Assembly (NCBI GenBank): GCA_016748015.1
Contig: JAAOMT010000760.1
Span: forward strand, 62,001 to 126,000
From: Geosiphon pyriformis uo1
Taxonomy: Eukaryota > Fungi > Glomeromycota
Direction: 5' to 3'
DNA: 64,000 nt
Both the position numbers and the translations under genes were made by a program. Below are positions 1 through 13,877 of this stretch, piece by piece. The stretch's first letter is position 1; every line of letters begins with the position of its first letter. The notes under the pieces are model-generated. The model did no database searches and was not told the origin of the DNA. It was given only the letters and a program-made list of their open reading frames with translations.

Positions 1-2145
1 ACAATAGAACCTAAATTTCTCCATCAGGAATTCTGAGTCTATAATTTGCATACTTGTAATACTAAACTAATCCTCGAACTATTTTTTTGATCAAATGACA
101 TCATTTTGGCACTAATCTTATTTGTGTCACCATTTAGCCACTCGCAGTAAGTTGGCTGGGTTACCAAAAAGGATATTTCAAACGATTAATTAAATGGAAA
201 GTTAGATACTTATTAAATACTTGATCTAAAAAAGTAAAATTTCATATTTTGTCTTTGAGCTAAATAATTCGGTATTATTAATTACCTGCCAAATTAGTGA
301 CATCTATTTATTTATTTATAGATTCTTTTCGAAACATATTGGTTTGCAAGTTTTCATGACTAACTTTAAAATGCTAATTATGGGATATTTTAAATTAGAT
401 TTCCAAATTATAAAAGTGCATGACTTGACTTTTTAAGTCGTACGGCTAGTTGAGAGCTCCTAATTACCAAATTTTTAAAAAATATCACAAATTTTTTGAT
501 TATGAAAGTTTATGAAAAGGGTCATCTCATCTATTTGTTTGAGCCATTTACGCTATTTCTTTTTAACCCACTTATTAAAATTTATTTTGATTGCCCTTGA
601 ATATTGTAAAGAAAAACTAAAGAAATTAAAAGATTTAATTTTAGCATGATCCGTATCATTTTCGATGTTTGTCGTGACAAAATAAAATTAAACTAATGTT
701 TAGGGCAGATTTTCTTTGAGTGTTACGAGCTGTAAAGAATATAGCGGGTATGGTTCATCGTCAAGTGACGTATAAAAGACGTTGAAACCGTGTTATTTGA
801 TGAATCTATGTCTTAAACACGTGAAAACTGTTCAAATGGTAACCTGGGTATTTGGCAAAAAGTAAGAAGGAATGAGCGTCATATATCATGAGTGTTTTCT
901 GGTATGATATCTAGATTGCCGCAGTAATATGAATGAAGTCACTAACATAAAACATGAATTGAAATCTAAATACAGCTTAGGGGCTTCTTCATTCGTCAAT
1001 TTTATTCTCATATTTCTAAAACGGAATTTTATTTATTACTGGCTCGACTAAAAAAAGGTCATTGAAAAAGTATATGTCACCTAAACCTTTTTCAAAGGCA
1101 AAAATTAAAAACATTTATTTAATACTACTGAGCAACTGAATAGTTATTTTTACCATTACTTTTATTATTAATGTACTGCACTAATTTTATTAGGTATGGC
1201 TAGAAAGCCTTCTTCACGTGTAAGATCCTGAATTTTTTTTTTTATTGCCAAAGATCAACAAATTTACATTCTATATTTCTATGAGAAATATCCCACAGAA
1301 ACAAAAGCATTGTCATAAAGCATGAACAGCTGTTTCGTGGTTAGTCAAAAAAGATATCTGACCCCAAAGAGTGAAATATTCACCATTCTTTGATGTCTAT
1401 AGTTCTACTGTATATAATATAAACAACAACTTATTGTCTCAAAGAAAAAGGCTGAATTTAAAATAAAAGTATGAAGCGTCTTTGGTGTAATAGATGATTT
1501 TAATAATTTTCATGAGAAGAGCAGAGTTGAATTCATATTGAGTTATGTATAAGAGAATCGAGTATTTGGAAGAGTGAGAAATATATCTAGTACTAACAGA
1601 TAGAATACTTCCAAGTAAAGGTCATATGATTACTAGAAAAAATCAAGGCTTATTAGCCAAAATGTATATCTTTGGGGAAAGAACTTAATTTGCCCAATTT
1701 AGCTAATAAAGTTTTAATCCAAGTTAACCATATCGAGAGCGAAATAGATGAATTATAACAAGAAACCACCCAAAAACTAAAAATGTAAATAAAATCCAAA
1801 GATTTATACGATTCATCTTTCACCGTTTCCCTTATAAGGCAATAGATTTAAAACATACTAGATCGGATGATGGTGGATTGCTCGGAAGTCAATATTATAG
1901 GAAGTCCTGCCAGAACTGATTTATTGATCTATAAATTAAAGATTCTAATCGATGGGGGGTTATTCCCGTTTCTTTGATCATGACGTAGATATTACAAATC
2001 CTGACACTAGTGATTACTAATGTCGTAATTAATACCTAAAGGAATTTTCTGGTTGATGTATGGCTGAGAACAAATATATTTATAATCCTTTAAATCTAAT
2101 TATTTTTTTTAAAAAAAAAACAACAATTTCAAGATTTTGAACAAG

Positions 2146-2829
2146 ATGTCTCAAGTTAAAGTTGGTGACAAAATTCCCAATGATATTTACTTTGGTCGAT
2201 TTGAGGAAGGTGACTCAGAGCCACGTAAAATCACAGCTGAAGAAGTGTTTAAAGGGAAAAAAGTTGTCTTATTCGGAATTCCTGGTCAGTAAAGAATAAG
2301 TTTATTGTATTAAGGTGAAATAAGTAAAATTATATTTGAGCTGGTAACCTTCTTTGAATAGGTGCGTTCACTTCCGTCTGTAGCTCTAAACATCTCCCAC
2401 AATTCGTGGAAAAATATGATGAGTTGAGATCAAAAGGTGTTGATTTAATAGCTTGTGTGGCCGTTAATGGTATTTTATAATTTGACAGATATTTTGTTTG
2501 AATTTCGTCTGTTTTGAATTCGAATTATCATCGTCTTAAAACTCGGGACAATATTTTAAGATCCTTACGTGATGCGAGAATGGGGTAAAGAACATAATGT
2601 TGACAACAAGGTCCTCATGTTAGCTGACGGTGATTTAACATTTCATTCGAAACTTGGCTTGTCTCAACATCTTCCCTTCTCAGGAACTCGTGGCCTCCGA
2701 TTCTCCATGCTTATTGAAGATGGTGTGATCAGGGTATTAAACGTCGAACAACCTGGGCCTACATCGTACAAAATTAGTGGACCGGAAACTATGTTGAAAA
2801 ATTTGAACGAGATTTCAAAGAGCGGGTAA
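2146..2829 (+). CDS. Type II / PRX5-like peroxiredoxin (Ahp1/Pmp20-like), 171 aa; exons 2146-2284, 2362-2469, 2561-2829
   Basis: Spliced translation [11 protein letters not shown]...[26 protein letters not shown]...[16 protein letters not shown]...LADGD...[17 protein letters not shown]. Contains the PxxxTxxC peroxidatic motif. Both introns are GT-AG and the exon sum (516 nt) is in frame. Confidence 0.93.
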
Positions 2830-3615
2830 TTCTCTGTTAGTTGATAATTATTTCAAAAATTCTCGAGACCGTGGGGAAAAAAAATGATAGGTTGTATTAA
2901 AGTTAGTATATCATAACCAATTCGAATGATAGATAAAAGTTGGGATAAATTTCTTGTTTGTCTTTACCACCAAAATTAAAAAGTCTACCCAGTAAAAAAT
3001 ATGTAGTCATAATCCTTACAGTGTTTCGAACGTTTCAGAAAAATTTGTTTTTTGTGTCATATGATTATGATGATATTTGACAGTTTAACTTTATATCTAA
3101 AATACGTAAAATCTATCAAACTATTACACTGTACTTACTTTTCTTTTCATGTGATGGTTTATTTGACTTTGTCCTTATGAAAAATCACTTTTTGTGTCGA
3201 TGTGATTACAATAATGATGTGGAAAATTATTTCAACTTCATAAAAATATTAATGAATATAATATTATTTATATAAGCATTAAAAAAAATCTTGAGTAATA
3301 AATTGTCAAATTAAAACAGAATTTTTTAGAAGACAAAAAATTATTAATTCAAGACTTTCAAAAGCTTTATAGCTTTTTAAAATAAATCCTGGTAAAGAAA
3401 AAATGGTTTAAAAAGATAGGGTACAATTTATGAAATTTATAATTCAAATATTAATTTTAACAATATTATTATTAGAAAACTTACAAAAGATTTTTATAAT
3501 GGTATTTAATATAAAATATTGAATTCAATTTCTAATTATAAGCGATAAATAATTTTTTAAAAAGATCAAAGTAACCAAAAAAATATTAATATTTTATCCA
3601 TTAAAAATTTTTTTA

Positions 3616-3620
<5 letters not shown>

Positions 3621-3680
<60 letters not shown>
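3621..3680. repeat. (AAT)n microsatellite, ~20 units
   Basis: Perfect ATA/AAT run seen directly. Confidence 0.97.
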
Positions 3681-4227
3681 TATGACTAATATTCTAACGT
3701 AATTAAAAATTTGAAATACGCAAACTGAATCTTATTCAAAATAGCGTAAATATTATATGCATTTTGAATCCTCATGTGTGCTGAAATTTATGACTAATTG
3801 TAATTTTAATTAAATAGAGTTATTATTGAATAAGCTAAGAAATAACATATATTTATTGGTTCTATAATACACATAATAGATTTCAAAATAAATTTTTTTT
3901 CTTTGAATGGTTTTTTTTTGTTAGTTTCAATTAAAATTGCTTTTGGTAAATTAAAAAATCCTTTTTTCTTAACACAAAAATTGACAAAAATTAATAATTA
4001 AAAAATTTATTTTTATTTTTATAATTGATTAAAAAAAAGTTGGGTGAAAAAAATATGAAAAAAATATACTTACTTAAACATCTTAAATAATAACCAAATA
4101 ATAATAAAATATTTGTTAAAAAAGTTATCAATATTATATTGGTAATTTTAAGCCAATTTTTATCTCATCTATATGTCGGAAAAAGTGGTTTGAATATAAC
4201 ACCAGCCTGAAAAGATTCTTTCAAGCT

Positions 4228-5586
4228 TTAATCTAAATAGCTCCGCATATTTTCGCGACTTCCCATCGTTATACCAAAGTATGGACCGAAATGTCTACTT
4301 GAATAAGATTCATCATCTTTCCCACTTTGACTTGCAATGCAATCCTACAAGTTTTAGTTAATCGAAAAGAATAAAAAGATTTGGAGCTAATCATAATATA
4401 TCTAGTTTTGAATATTTATAAAAAATAAATACCGGATGGTCCCCAATAGCACGACAAATATACAACTTAAAATTAAGCCAGGGGTATTCAGAATTTGCGA
4501 CTGAAAAACATTCACAGTCATAAGTGATCCAGAACTCGGCTGAGTGATGTTGAAATTTTGGAAAATTTCTGCCAACTTGTCTTCGAACCACGTAATCATT
4601 TGCATGAGTAACTCGAAGAATTACGGATTCGGTTGCAGCCAAGTATTGGGCAAATTTCAGTGTTCCAAAACGTGGTTCCCCAAAAGTTACTACGCATATA
4701 GTCATATCTTTAAATCGAGTTGGTTCACTGACAGCCAATTTTTTTAACGCCAATAGTGCTAAAACGGCGTAGACTAATAGAAGTTTTGAAATTTAATCAA
4801 GAATATCTAAATCAGATGAATTTAATTTTAGAAAAAACATTTACCTCCCCCTACACCATGACCAGTTAGTACAATAGTATTATATTTAGAATTAAAAAGT
4901 TGCGACACCTGGAAAAGAAAGGAAGGTAACATTTTATTCATATCATCATTCCAAATTTTATCAATAAAAGCTCGCTCCCCATTTGGAAGTAAAGGATGGA
5001 ATTCGAAAAGAGCCAATCCTGATCTTCGCATTTTCCATTTATGAGGTGTATAGCTACGCCCTTTGAAATATCCAACAATCTCTGAAATGGTTGGAGAGGT
5101 AAACAAATCGGCTTAAGAAGAAGCAAAAAAATTATTAAAAATTGTTTTAGAAATGAAAAGATATGTTGCAGTTAAATTTAATTCACCTTTTATTTCAGGA
5201 TCATTCACCATTATGCCAACATTATTATTAGGTAAACAGTACGCCATATTAGCTACGCGAGCCATTCGTGCTGTAATGTTCCATATTTCCGTAAAGCTCG
5301 GTTCTAGGGTTCTTGGCAAGTAAAAGTTTGAAAATAGGTTCCTCGCTAGAAGATTAGAGTATTTCCTTTTGCCAACATTTTTTCTATGCAATAGGGAATA
5401 TTCTCTATTGTTGTACATTTTGAAATTTAGAAATGAAAAATTTTCTATCCTCGGATAGAAAATTTCGAGCTCTTTACTTTGGTTGAGATTCAAGTCTAAA
5501 ATTTCAATCCCTACTACATTCTGATTTAATGTCTTTCCAAAGAGCAACCAGAAGATATTGAACGATAAATAAAATAAAAATATCAT
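4228..5586 (-). CDS. Secreted class-3 lipase-like protein 1 (Ser->Gly pseudo-lipase), 374 aa; exons 5586-5187, 5111-4845, 4773-4433, 4344-4228
   Basis: Hydrophobic N-terminus, then ANMAYC, IVGYFKG, LTGHGVGGVYA, VVTFGEPRFG, RVTHANDYV, HHSAEFWI, RHFGPYFG, which match the Lipase_3 motif order. Three GT-AG introns; 1125 nt in frame. Confidence 0.88.
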
Positions 5587-6270
5587 TTTAAAATGTGAAT
5601 AAATTTTTCAATCGGTTTATAAACAATAATTTCCAAATTACACGGGATTAGATAGAGCAAAAAAATTTCTATGAGGCAAAAGTCTATCTTCCAAATATTT
5701 TGATTGACTGTGTATCGCGATATTAATTTATCCGAAAAATTTCATAGATAAGTTTTATTAGAGATTGAGATCATGGTTGATAAACCCAGATAAAATTTAT
5801 AAGCTAATATAAAGTTTAAACAAAATAGCTTTAAATAGGAAATTAAATTTAATAGGAATCTATTTCGTGTCATAAAATATTTTGTCCTGTAATAAAAATC
5901 TTTGAACTTAGTTAGATAAATAAAAAGGATGAACAGCTTGAAAATTGGAATCCAAGGAATATCAACTAGTAACGGAAAGATTTTTGCTTTCAAAAAATCA
6001 CAGTTGATACATTACCATTTTGTAATTTTTAATCCCTGCCACAATTATAGAACAAGAAGAATTCAAAGGTGAAGCTTTAGAGTTTTGAATAATATTTTCA
6101 GATTATAAGCTACTGATTTGATATGGATCAAAACTATGGTCTATTAATACAATATTCTTTAGCATTCAGACGACAGTTAAAAAAAAGTAACAAGATCCTT
6201 TTATATAAGAGATGGTCCAAGATGGTTTAATTCCCAATGGGATGATTGGTATCAATATTTCCATCTTAGT

Positions 6271-6781
6271 CTAATTTTCGATGGCAAACATATGACTATA
6301 GCGAACATTGTGAGGTGACTCACCAATCTAATAAAAGATAAGAGCAAAAGTTGATAACTGACTTCATAACTTTTAAGATGATCATTTAAAGTGAAAAAAT
6401 TTGAGTTTACTTGAACAACATAATCCTTCCCTGTGGGTATATTATTCTTCACGACCCAAGAATGACTGCCGGCATTCGCTTTGACAGAATTCCCAATTAT
6501 TGTAGTATGATCAAGATCTTTTGGATCACCCTTGCGAAGCTCGATCGTCGTGGTAGTGACATCTGGTTTTCCAAGGACTCTCCATTTGATGATTGCTGGT
6601 TTGCCTTTATGCCAAACCGTTCCTAAGATTAGAAAAAATGCAAATTTTGAACTTGAAGACGCATCCAATTAACTAAACCTCAAAATTTACCCGCCACAGG
6701 GTTAGTAATTTCGTAATCTGCCAAAACGGTTTGCAATCCCAAAATAATAAAAAGAATCAAAAATTTTGTCAAGGCAAGCAT
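6271..6781 (-). CDS. Small secreted Kre9/Knh1-N-like (Ser/Thr-rich GPI-protein family) Ig-fold protein A, 119 aa; exons 6781-6691, 6622-6411, 6327-6271
   Basis: MLALTKFLILFIILGLQTVLA-DYEITNPVAGTVWHKGKPAIIKW...IELRKGDPKDL...GSHSWVV...GKDYVVQIG...YSHMFAIEN*. Signal peptide plus the ITxP..W..G...I.W / G..Y.../YS..F.I pattern. GT-AG introns. Confidence 0.85.
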
Positions 6782-8374
6782 CTTATCGCCGTTTTGAAAG
6801 TGGCAAAAAAAATTATATTATTAAATACTGTAAGCCCAATGAAAATAATTTATGTTTATATAACGACAGTAAAATTTGGTTATTTAAACTTAAATATCTT
6901 TTATGAATTTAGAAAAACCAACCGAATTAATCCAGTGATCGTTTTCTTCATGGCATTTTACAGGAATGCTGTTGGCATTTTTCGATGTCAAATATCTGTC
7001 TGCAAAAATACAATCTATAGTTTCATTCTCTTGTAACATCATTACGCTAGTCAAAAATCAAATGTCTCTTAATCCCGACCAAGGCTTTAGAGACCTGCAT
7101 GAAATAATCACTCTCATCATAAGCTATCCATTCAACTTTATTCAAAGGCTTGCAAATTATCCACAAATTTGAAATTAATAATACTTGAAAAATTTACTCC
7201 ACATGATTAAACTCATCTGGTTCGTTCCAGTGTCTGGTGAATTTATTGGTAGATGATTAAAATTAATTTTGAACTTTTGACTCTTTTTGTTAACAAGTAG
7301 TTGAGTTTGTTTGGCTTGATATACATTTTTACGCTTTCTAACTTCATAAAAATGTTGATGCTGGAAATTTAATTATTAAAATTCTTTTCAGCACTTTTAA
7401 CCACCTTAAAACTTATAATAATTTATTTAAGTATTTAACAGAATTATAATAAAAAAAAGGGAAATTGAATGAATTTGCAAAAAATTAAAAATTTTTCAAA
7501 AATGTAAATTGAGATTAAATTATTTTCTAAGAAAAATTTATCGCCTTCTTAAAATCGATTCATATAAAATTTGAGTAAAGGGTATATAAAATTGTCATTA
7601 AACTTTCTATTACGAATATTCGTCTATGTTTCTCTAATCGGATCTGTTCACTTTATGTATAAGATGAAATATGTGGGGTGATCTATATACATAATATTCT
7701 CAGAGAAAAGTTTTAGCGAGCGAAAATTACCCATCAGTTTGAAACTTGATATTTCAAAAGTATATACAGGAATATAGATAGTATGAAATCATTAAACTAC
7801 CCCTTCATCGGAATAACAAATAAGAGTTTCACAATCAGAATTATGATAACTTCCAAAGTTTAAATATTTTGAGAAAAGAGTGATTTTGATCAAAATTAAT
7901 TTAACTAATGTGCACTATTTTGATATAGTAAAATTTTATAATTTACTTCAATTTGAATAAATCATACACATATTGAACCGATCTTAGGATAAAGAGTCAC
8001 TGTTAAAGACAAACTGTTTATTTTATTATGTATCATTCAACCTTATTGAATTACCAAAAATATTTGGATTTTGTAAAAGTTTATGAATGAACTTTAATTT
8101 TGTGATAAAACCGTGAGGCTGAATATAAAAAATTAACTTGAAAGATCGTGTAGGTCAATGCTAATTAATTAGAGACCCCAATTTCGAAGGGCTTTACTTT
8201 CAATATTCAAATAACGTTTGATCTTTTTAGAAAAAGTTTTCAAATAATATATTTACGATAGTGAGTTGTCATGCCATTAGCAGAATCAAAAGTAATCGTC
8301 ACAAGTGATTAGAAAAACTTGAGCGAAAAAGATTAGATTTTAATATTATTTACTAATAACTAATTAAGAAAACT

Positions 8375-9089
8375 TTAATACTGCACGAGAGGTATTCCAA
8401 ATGGAAAGGGTATAATGAATTTCTTTAAAAACTTCATGATACTTCTCTTTAAATTTGATTTTCTGAACAAAGTTGGAGACTCGTCGCTATTTTTAATGCT
8501 TCGGCTCTTCTTAGAATGATTCCAATCATGAGGTAAACTATGTGCCATAGTTAAAAATCCATCCTCTCCCAAAAAACCTCAGCAAATCCCAAATTAATTT
8601 CCGCCAATGTAAAAGATAAAAACCAAAAATTCTATCATATCCATCAGGTTTATCTTCATTATCTAAATCTTTTGGTGAATTTTTAGCAAGCTGTTCATTA
8701 CTGGCATCCTCGATAATGGTCCTTTCGGTAATTTCTTTCCCTTTACCTTCAGGTGTTTCTTTATTTCGGGTCTGCTGATTAATAACTTTTTCGATTTGCT
8801 TTGTATTTTTTTTGGTAATATTTTTAGGATAAAACCACTCAGCCTTAATCGGGACGACCTTTTCATTGTAGTTGTAACTCCAATCAATTTCTCTGCTGGC
8901 CAATTTGTGCCTTTTTGATGTTACTGGGCTAGGACTACTCTCTCGATTATGTATTCGCTCATTTTTTTGTAGACTCAAACTCGAGGAAGATTGCGAAGCA
9001 GACATTGAAGATGATTGAGTGAAAGATTTAGAATTTTTCAAAGGAATTAGGAGAAAGGTTAGAATAATGATAAAATTTAATTTGCCCAT
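8375..9089 (-). CDS. Predicted secreted protein of unknown function, apparently interrupted by a 1-nt frameshift in a T6 run (8571-8576); 237 aa if repaired
   Basis: 183-aa ORF with a signal-like N-terminus (MGKLNFIIILTFLLIPLKNSKS). Removing one T joins it to the overlapping 8375-8572 ORF (..LLRFLGEDGFLTMAH..). Confidence 0.55.
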
Positions 9090-9918
9090 TTATACAAATT
9101 GGATATTCTAATATATCTTTTATAAATCAGACTTATAATTTAAAAGCACTCATTGATATATTTTATGGTGATATAGTTACATGAATTTTTAATTTTAATG
9201 ATACAATATCCTCAGAAATTTCCCAAGCTGAATATGATAAATTTTTACCCCCATAAGATATATTGATCATTTTCTGTACCTAAAATTTAGCATTAAAAAC
9301 AATTCTTAATAGTAACTTTTTAGCTTTTTAACTTGAACTCAACTTGATAATCAATTTTCAATTTAAAAATGGTGTCAAACTTTTTTTATAATTATGATAT
9401 TTATATTAATTTTCTAATAAGTAATAATTTGTTAAAGTTTTAATAATAAATATTTATAATAAATAATAATGTAAGAGTTTTTTTCAAAATCTTTAATTTT
9501 TAATTGTATTATGGATTATTATTATATTTAATTTTTATATTTTTAACCACTTAGAATATTTAACAATAATTAATCTAATTTTTTAAGGCAATGGTTTTGA
9601 AAATATAACATGTTTATTTCTTAGCAAAGTACGTTTTAACAATAAAATAATTAAACCTTTAAAAGTAATTTATAGTCTTGATTTATTTTATCATCGTGAT
9701 CTTTTTGCTATATTTTAAAAATTTGTTAATTTTTTTATTTTTTTAATATTTTTTTTATAAAAATATACAATATATTTCTTGAAGTACTCATATTTATAAT
9801 TTGACTCAAAATTCATTATAAAACATGTAATAGAAATTTATATTCCAATATCTTCGTAATCATTTAAATCAACTTTTAGAAGTTTTGTTTTAATAACCAA
9901 TTCATTTTATTTAAAATT

Positions 9919-10909
9919 TTAATAATCTATCCTTCTAATATTTCTGGTGCGCCTTATTATTGCAAACCCATGCTTTGAGAGATACATCAAGTTCATGATG
10001 TTTTCGAGAAAAGTAAAGCGACCAAAAGGATCATTTAATTGATCCACCAAATCCATCATAAACAATATGATCCAGAAGCCTAACACAACACATCTAAGTA
10101 AAAAATATGAATATTCGCCTTGGATTTTCCAGAAGATTTATTGCCTTTCTTACAGTTTTAGTATCAATTGGTGTGTTAGCAATGTTTTCCAAATTATTGA
10201 AAAGCTTTCCCGCAGCTTTAACATAGGCGAATTCTTCTTTGTTTTCTGCGATCCAGTAATGCTGAAAATTGAAAATGTCCCATCCATCAGAAATTTTCTC
10301 CTGAAAACACCCATAATAAATAAGTAGAAATGTATTGTCTCCGTATGAAAATAAAAATACATCGATTAAGCCAACAACTGATATAGGAAAACATGCAAAA
10401 AGCTCAATCGACAAACTTGTCCTGGCTTCAGAGCAAAAATAATGATAAATTTTTTTTCATCGCCAAGTCACCTCAAATGACATTATGAGAGGTTTGATTT
10501 AAAACCATTTTATTTTATTATCTTATTTAGAAATAAAAAAATTATTTGAAAATAAAAAAATATAAAATATAATGTATTTTACATTTAAAAATCTAAATCT
10601 ATTAATCCTCTTGACTCTGGTAACAGCTTGCGAAAGAGATAACTATTTTAGTACTCGGCGAAACATATTAACCTTAGAAACTTTGTAGCCTTTGGCTTTA
10701 AGCTTGGAATGATTCAAATCAACTGCCAGCAAAGCCGTTGACATGATTGATGAATGGAAGCTATTGGACTTCCGAATTAATACATCAATTGACAATCTTT
10801 GGATAATATTTTCATTTTCATCTTTAGGCTAAAATAGACTGCAGTCTTTATTATAACTTGATTTTATGTTTCCAAAAAGTAAGAAAATATGACCCTTAAA
10901 TGTAAACAT
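9919..10909 (-). pseudogene. Decayed gene of unknown family (in-frame stops plus a frameshift)
   Basis: Coding-like frame MFTFKGHIF...SLF*PKDENENIIQRL...RRVLK*LSLSQ, an AT-rich probable intron near 10500-10580, then VTWR*KKIYHYFCSEARTSLSIELF...ENPRRIFI(fs)FLLRCVVLGFWIILFMMDLV...RRIDY*. Confidence 0.55.
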
Positions 10910-12891
10910 ATCATATATTTAAAAGAAAATAAGCCAATTCTATTACCTCATTACTTTTCAAGATAATGACTTTTAATTTTTAAATGGGATGCAAACTTTC
11001 TGTTCAAAACTGCTCAAAATCTAATTATGAAAAAGTGTAATATAAAATACTGGCATTAACTAAAATATTTGAAATTTCATAAAATGTGTTGTGATTTTAA
11101 TCTGAATTTTGATAAAAAAACTAAAATTTCAATTACATATTTTTGATTGAATCATGATAATTTTTACTGATATTTGTCGATTCTGCTAAATTCTCTGAAA
11201 CTTTAATTTCATCAAAAACTTGACAATTTTTTTTGATATATTGTGTGACATATTTAATGGTAATGCATTTTTATTATCTGATATTATTTTATTTGCTTGT
11301 GCTTTGTGATTGTTAATAGCGGAATTATTTAATCATAATCAATAGTGTTATACAATGTACTTTAAGTATGACATATTGATAACAAAATATATCAATTACA
11401 CTAAATGAATCAAGTTTCCAGAGTGATATTGTGGATACAAAAATAATTATTTGTTAAATATAAATAGTAAATATAAAATTTTATTTGAATTAATTGTTAA
11501 AAAAAATATTGACAACACTTTTATAAATGGTGGAATTGGACAAAATATATCACGATTCTTTTGGAATCAAGTTAAGATATGTTAATGAGAAAATATGAAG
11601 CTTCAGATTTTGAGATATCATTACTTAATTTTTAGCTTGCGTTTTTTACTAAAAATTTCAAGGTACTTGCATGTGGTGAAATTTATTTCTGATTGATATA
11701 CACGATTATCCTATGATACCAAATAGGTGCGCTGGGTATAAAGCACTCTCAAAGTAAAAAACAAAAATATGGTAGTATTTGTACTCCTTTCAATACCAAT
11801 TATATACCCAGGCAAAAAGAATTGAAATCAAGAATTCCAAAAGGTTTTAGAAAAAAAAATTTTTCAGACAATTTTAAAACAATGGAAATATTATAGAATC
11901 TCAACATTTCATCCTTATATAATTCTTTTTCCTGCATTGACCCATGCCGCAATTTTGTCATTTCAAAAGAGCTATTTTTTCAATGAATTAAATGGTTTTA
12001 AAAAATAAAAATTCCATCTTTAGCATAGATGAAACTTGTTACCCTAAATCTAAAAGTGAAGTATGGTATTTGAGGTAAAGTTGCATTTGAACTTACTCAT
12101 GATCTTAGGATAGATGCTCACGCTCTAGTATCTGATCCCCAGTATTAGATAGAACATGCAGGATTGATGAAATTATCACATGAAATTTACTTCATGTAGT
12201 CCAACCAAACAAGGAAATTGTTGCACCTCCTGAAATGAGAGAGATAACCGAAAAAGTTACCACCACACCTGTTGGTACTACAACTTTTACCTCACAGATC
12301 AACCAACGGATATTATTTTAAAGTTTTACAAAAAAAATGTAATACGATGACTGGGTCTTACAAGCAAATGATTTCGTTCCTCATTGTGAAATAAACCACT
12401 AATATACTAATAATAGCAAAAATTTAACCAATGTAATCCCCTTTACTTTTTTACGCACAGTGAATAGGTTTTTATCATCTTTTTTTTTCTCAAATTTTTT
12501 TTTCAATTGCCAAGACGTATATCCTACATTCAAATTTAAATTAACTGGTTTAATTTAGAATTGGCTAGGTAACATTAATCACGATCTGCGCTGCCCCTTT
12601 GCTAAATCTTAACTTGCTCGTATTTATTATCATTTTAATCTTTTAAACCTAAACCAATTCAAAAATTTCATTTTTATACTTTTTTGATATTCTATTCCAC
12701 CGTTTTTTCACTGAACTTTTTTTATCTGGACCAGGTATGTGTAAACTTAGAAATCATATTCTTGGGCCTCTTTTATTTAAAATCTGATATTCCAATATTT
12801 TTGAATTACTATCGCCGCTAATAACCCTAATATGACCATTTTCTTGAAGGATTTTACTTTCCCAAATATTCATAACCAAAATATTCATGAT

Positions 12892-13877
12892 ATGGGTGGT
12901 TGCTGTGTATCACGAGGTTCCCTTGAGGATGCAGTAGGTCGATTAGAAGGCACTAGTGCTGAAAATCCAGTACCAAGAGGAGGTAAGCGAAATGAGACAA
13001 ACATAGATCAAGTTTTGGGTTTAGCCTTTTAAACATTACAAATTTCAGATAACAAAAATCTAAAGTTTTATTCCTTTAGGACAAAATTTACTATTTATTC
13101 TCATTTCTTATTTCTTTTACTCTTTACAATTGAATGAATATTATTTCTGCAAGGGAATAAACCTTTCACTAAAAAAGGTATCACATGGGAATCAGATTCA
13201 CTGCTAACACCAAGCCAATTAAAGCGTCAACGAGATGCATTCTGGGATACTGCTCCTACTTACGAGGTATTTTGAATTTCGGAAATACATATCATTTTGA
13301 GATTAATTCTTTTTGAATTCTTTTCATGAAACTTCTCATACAGGGGCGATTAGAAATTTGGCAAGCACTTCGGTGTGCATCTGAATCAGATGACCTCGAT
13401 CTCGCCCAAGCGATTCTGGATTCTGCTAATGTAACTCTACCTACGGGAAATTTGGCCGATGGATGCTATGATGAATTGGGAAATCGATATCTTATACCCC
13501 CATATTGTATCATCGACCCGACAAATTTAATTAAAAGTGTTGGTGACAGTCAGGAAGGCACATCAACTGATCGATTGATTGACGACACGCAGGGAAAATT
13601 ATCATCCGATTTGCAAAATAATCCACGAACATCGCAACAAAATATCACCATACGAATATCAAACACGGCCAAAGATGTTGATTTAAAAATTAATAGAAAT
13701 CTGGACACAATTGCGACTCTACGACAAAAATTATACGCGCAAGAAGGTCTCGATGTTACTAGAATTAATGCACGATTTTTCTTTTTGGGAAAATTATTGG
13801 ATGATAAGACTCATATTTCTGATATCAAAATTGTGGATGGTCAAGTTCTACAAGCATTGATTTCTGAAAGATCCTAG
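12892..13877 (+). CDS. Ubiquitin domain-containing protein UBTD1/UBTD2 (DC-UbP) homologue, 245 aa; exons 12892-12982, 13154-13266, 13344-13877
   Basis: MGGCCVS N-terminus (myristoylation/palmitoylation-type), QRDAFWDTAPTYEGRLEIWQAL...LAQAILDSANVTLPTGNL..CYDELGNRY.IP.YC, and a C-terminal ubiquitin-like domain (RFFFLGKLLDD...QVLQALI). A likely 5'UTR intron lies at ~12735-12849. Confidence 0.93.

Noticed and set aside
40-185. Minus-strand fragment VTQPTYCEWLNGDTNKIS resembling a fourth Ig-fold gene
   Set aside because: Flanked by stops, no usable splice acceptor or signal exon found, and truncated by the window edge.
4855-4857. RNA editing restoring the lipase serine (GGT->AGT)
   Set aside because: It would need G-to-A editing; known fungal mRNA editing is A-to-I, which goes the other way.
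6985-7010. tgtcaaa..tctgc.aaaa motif also seen near 32090-32110, upstream of Ig-fold genes A and C
   Set aside because: Short, AT-rich and gapped; indistinguishable from chance.
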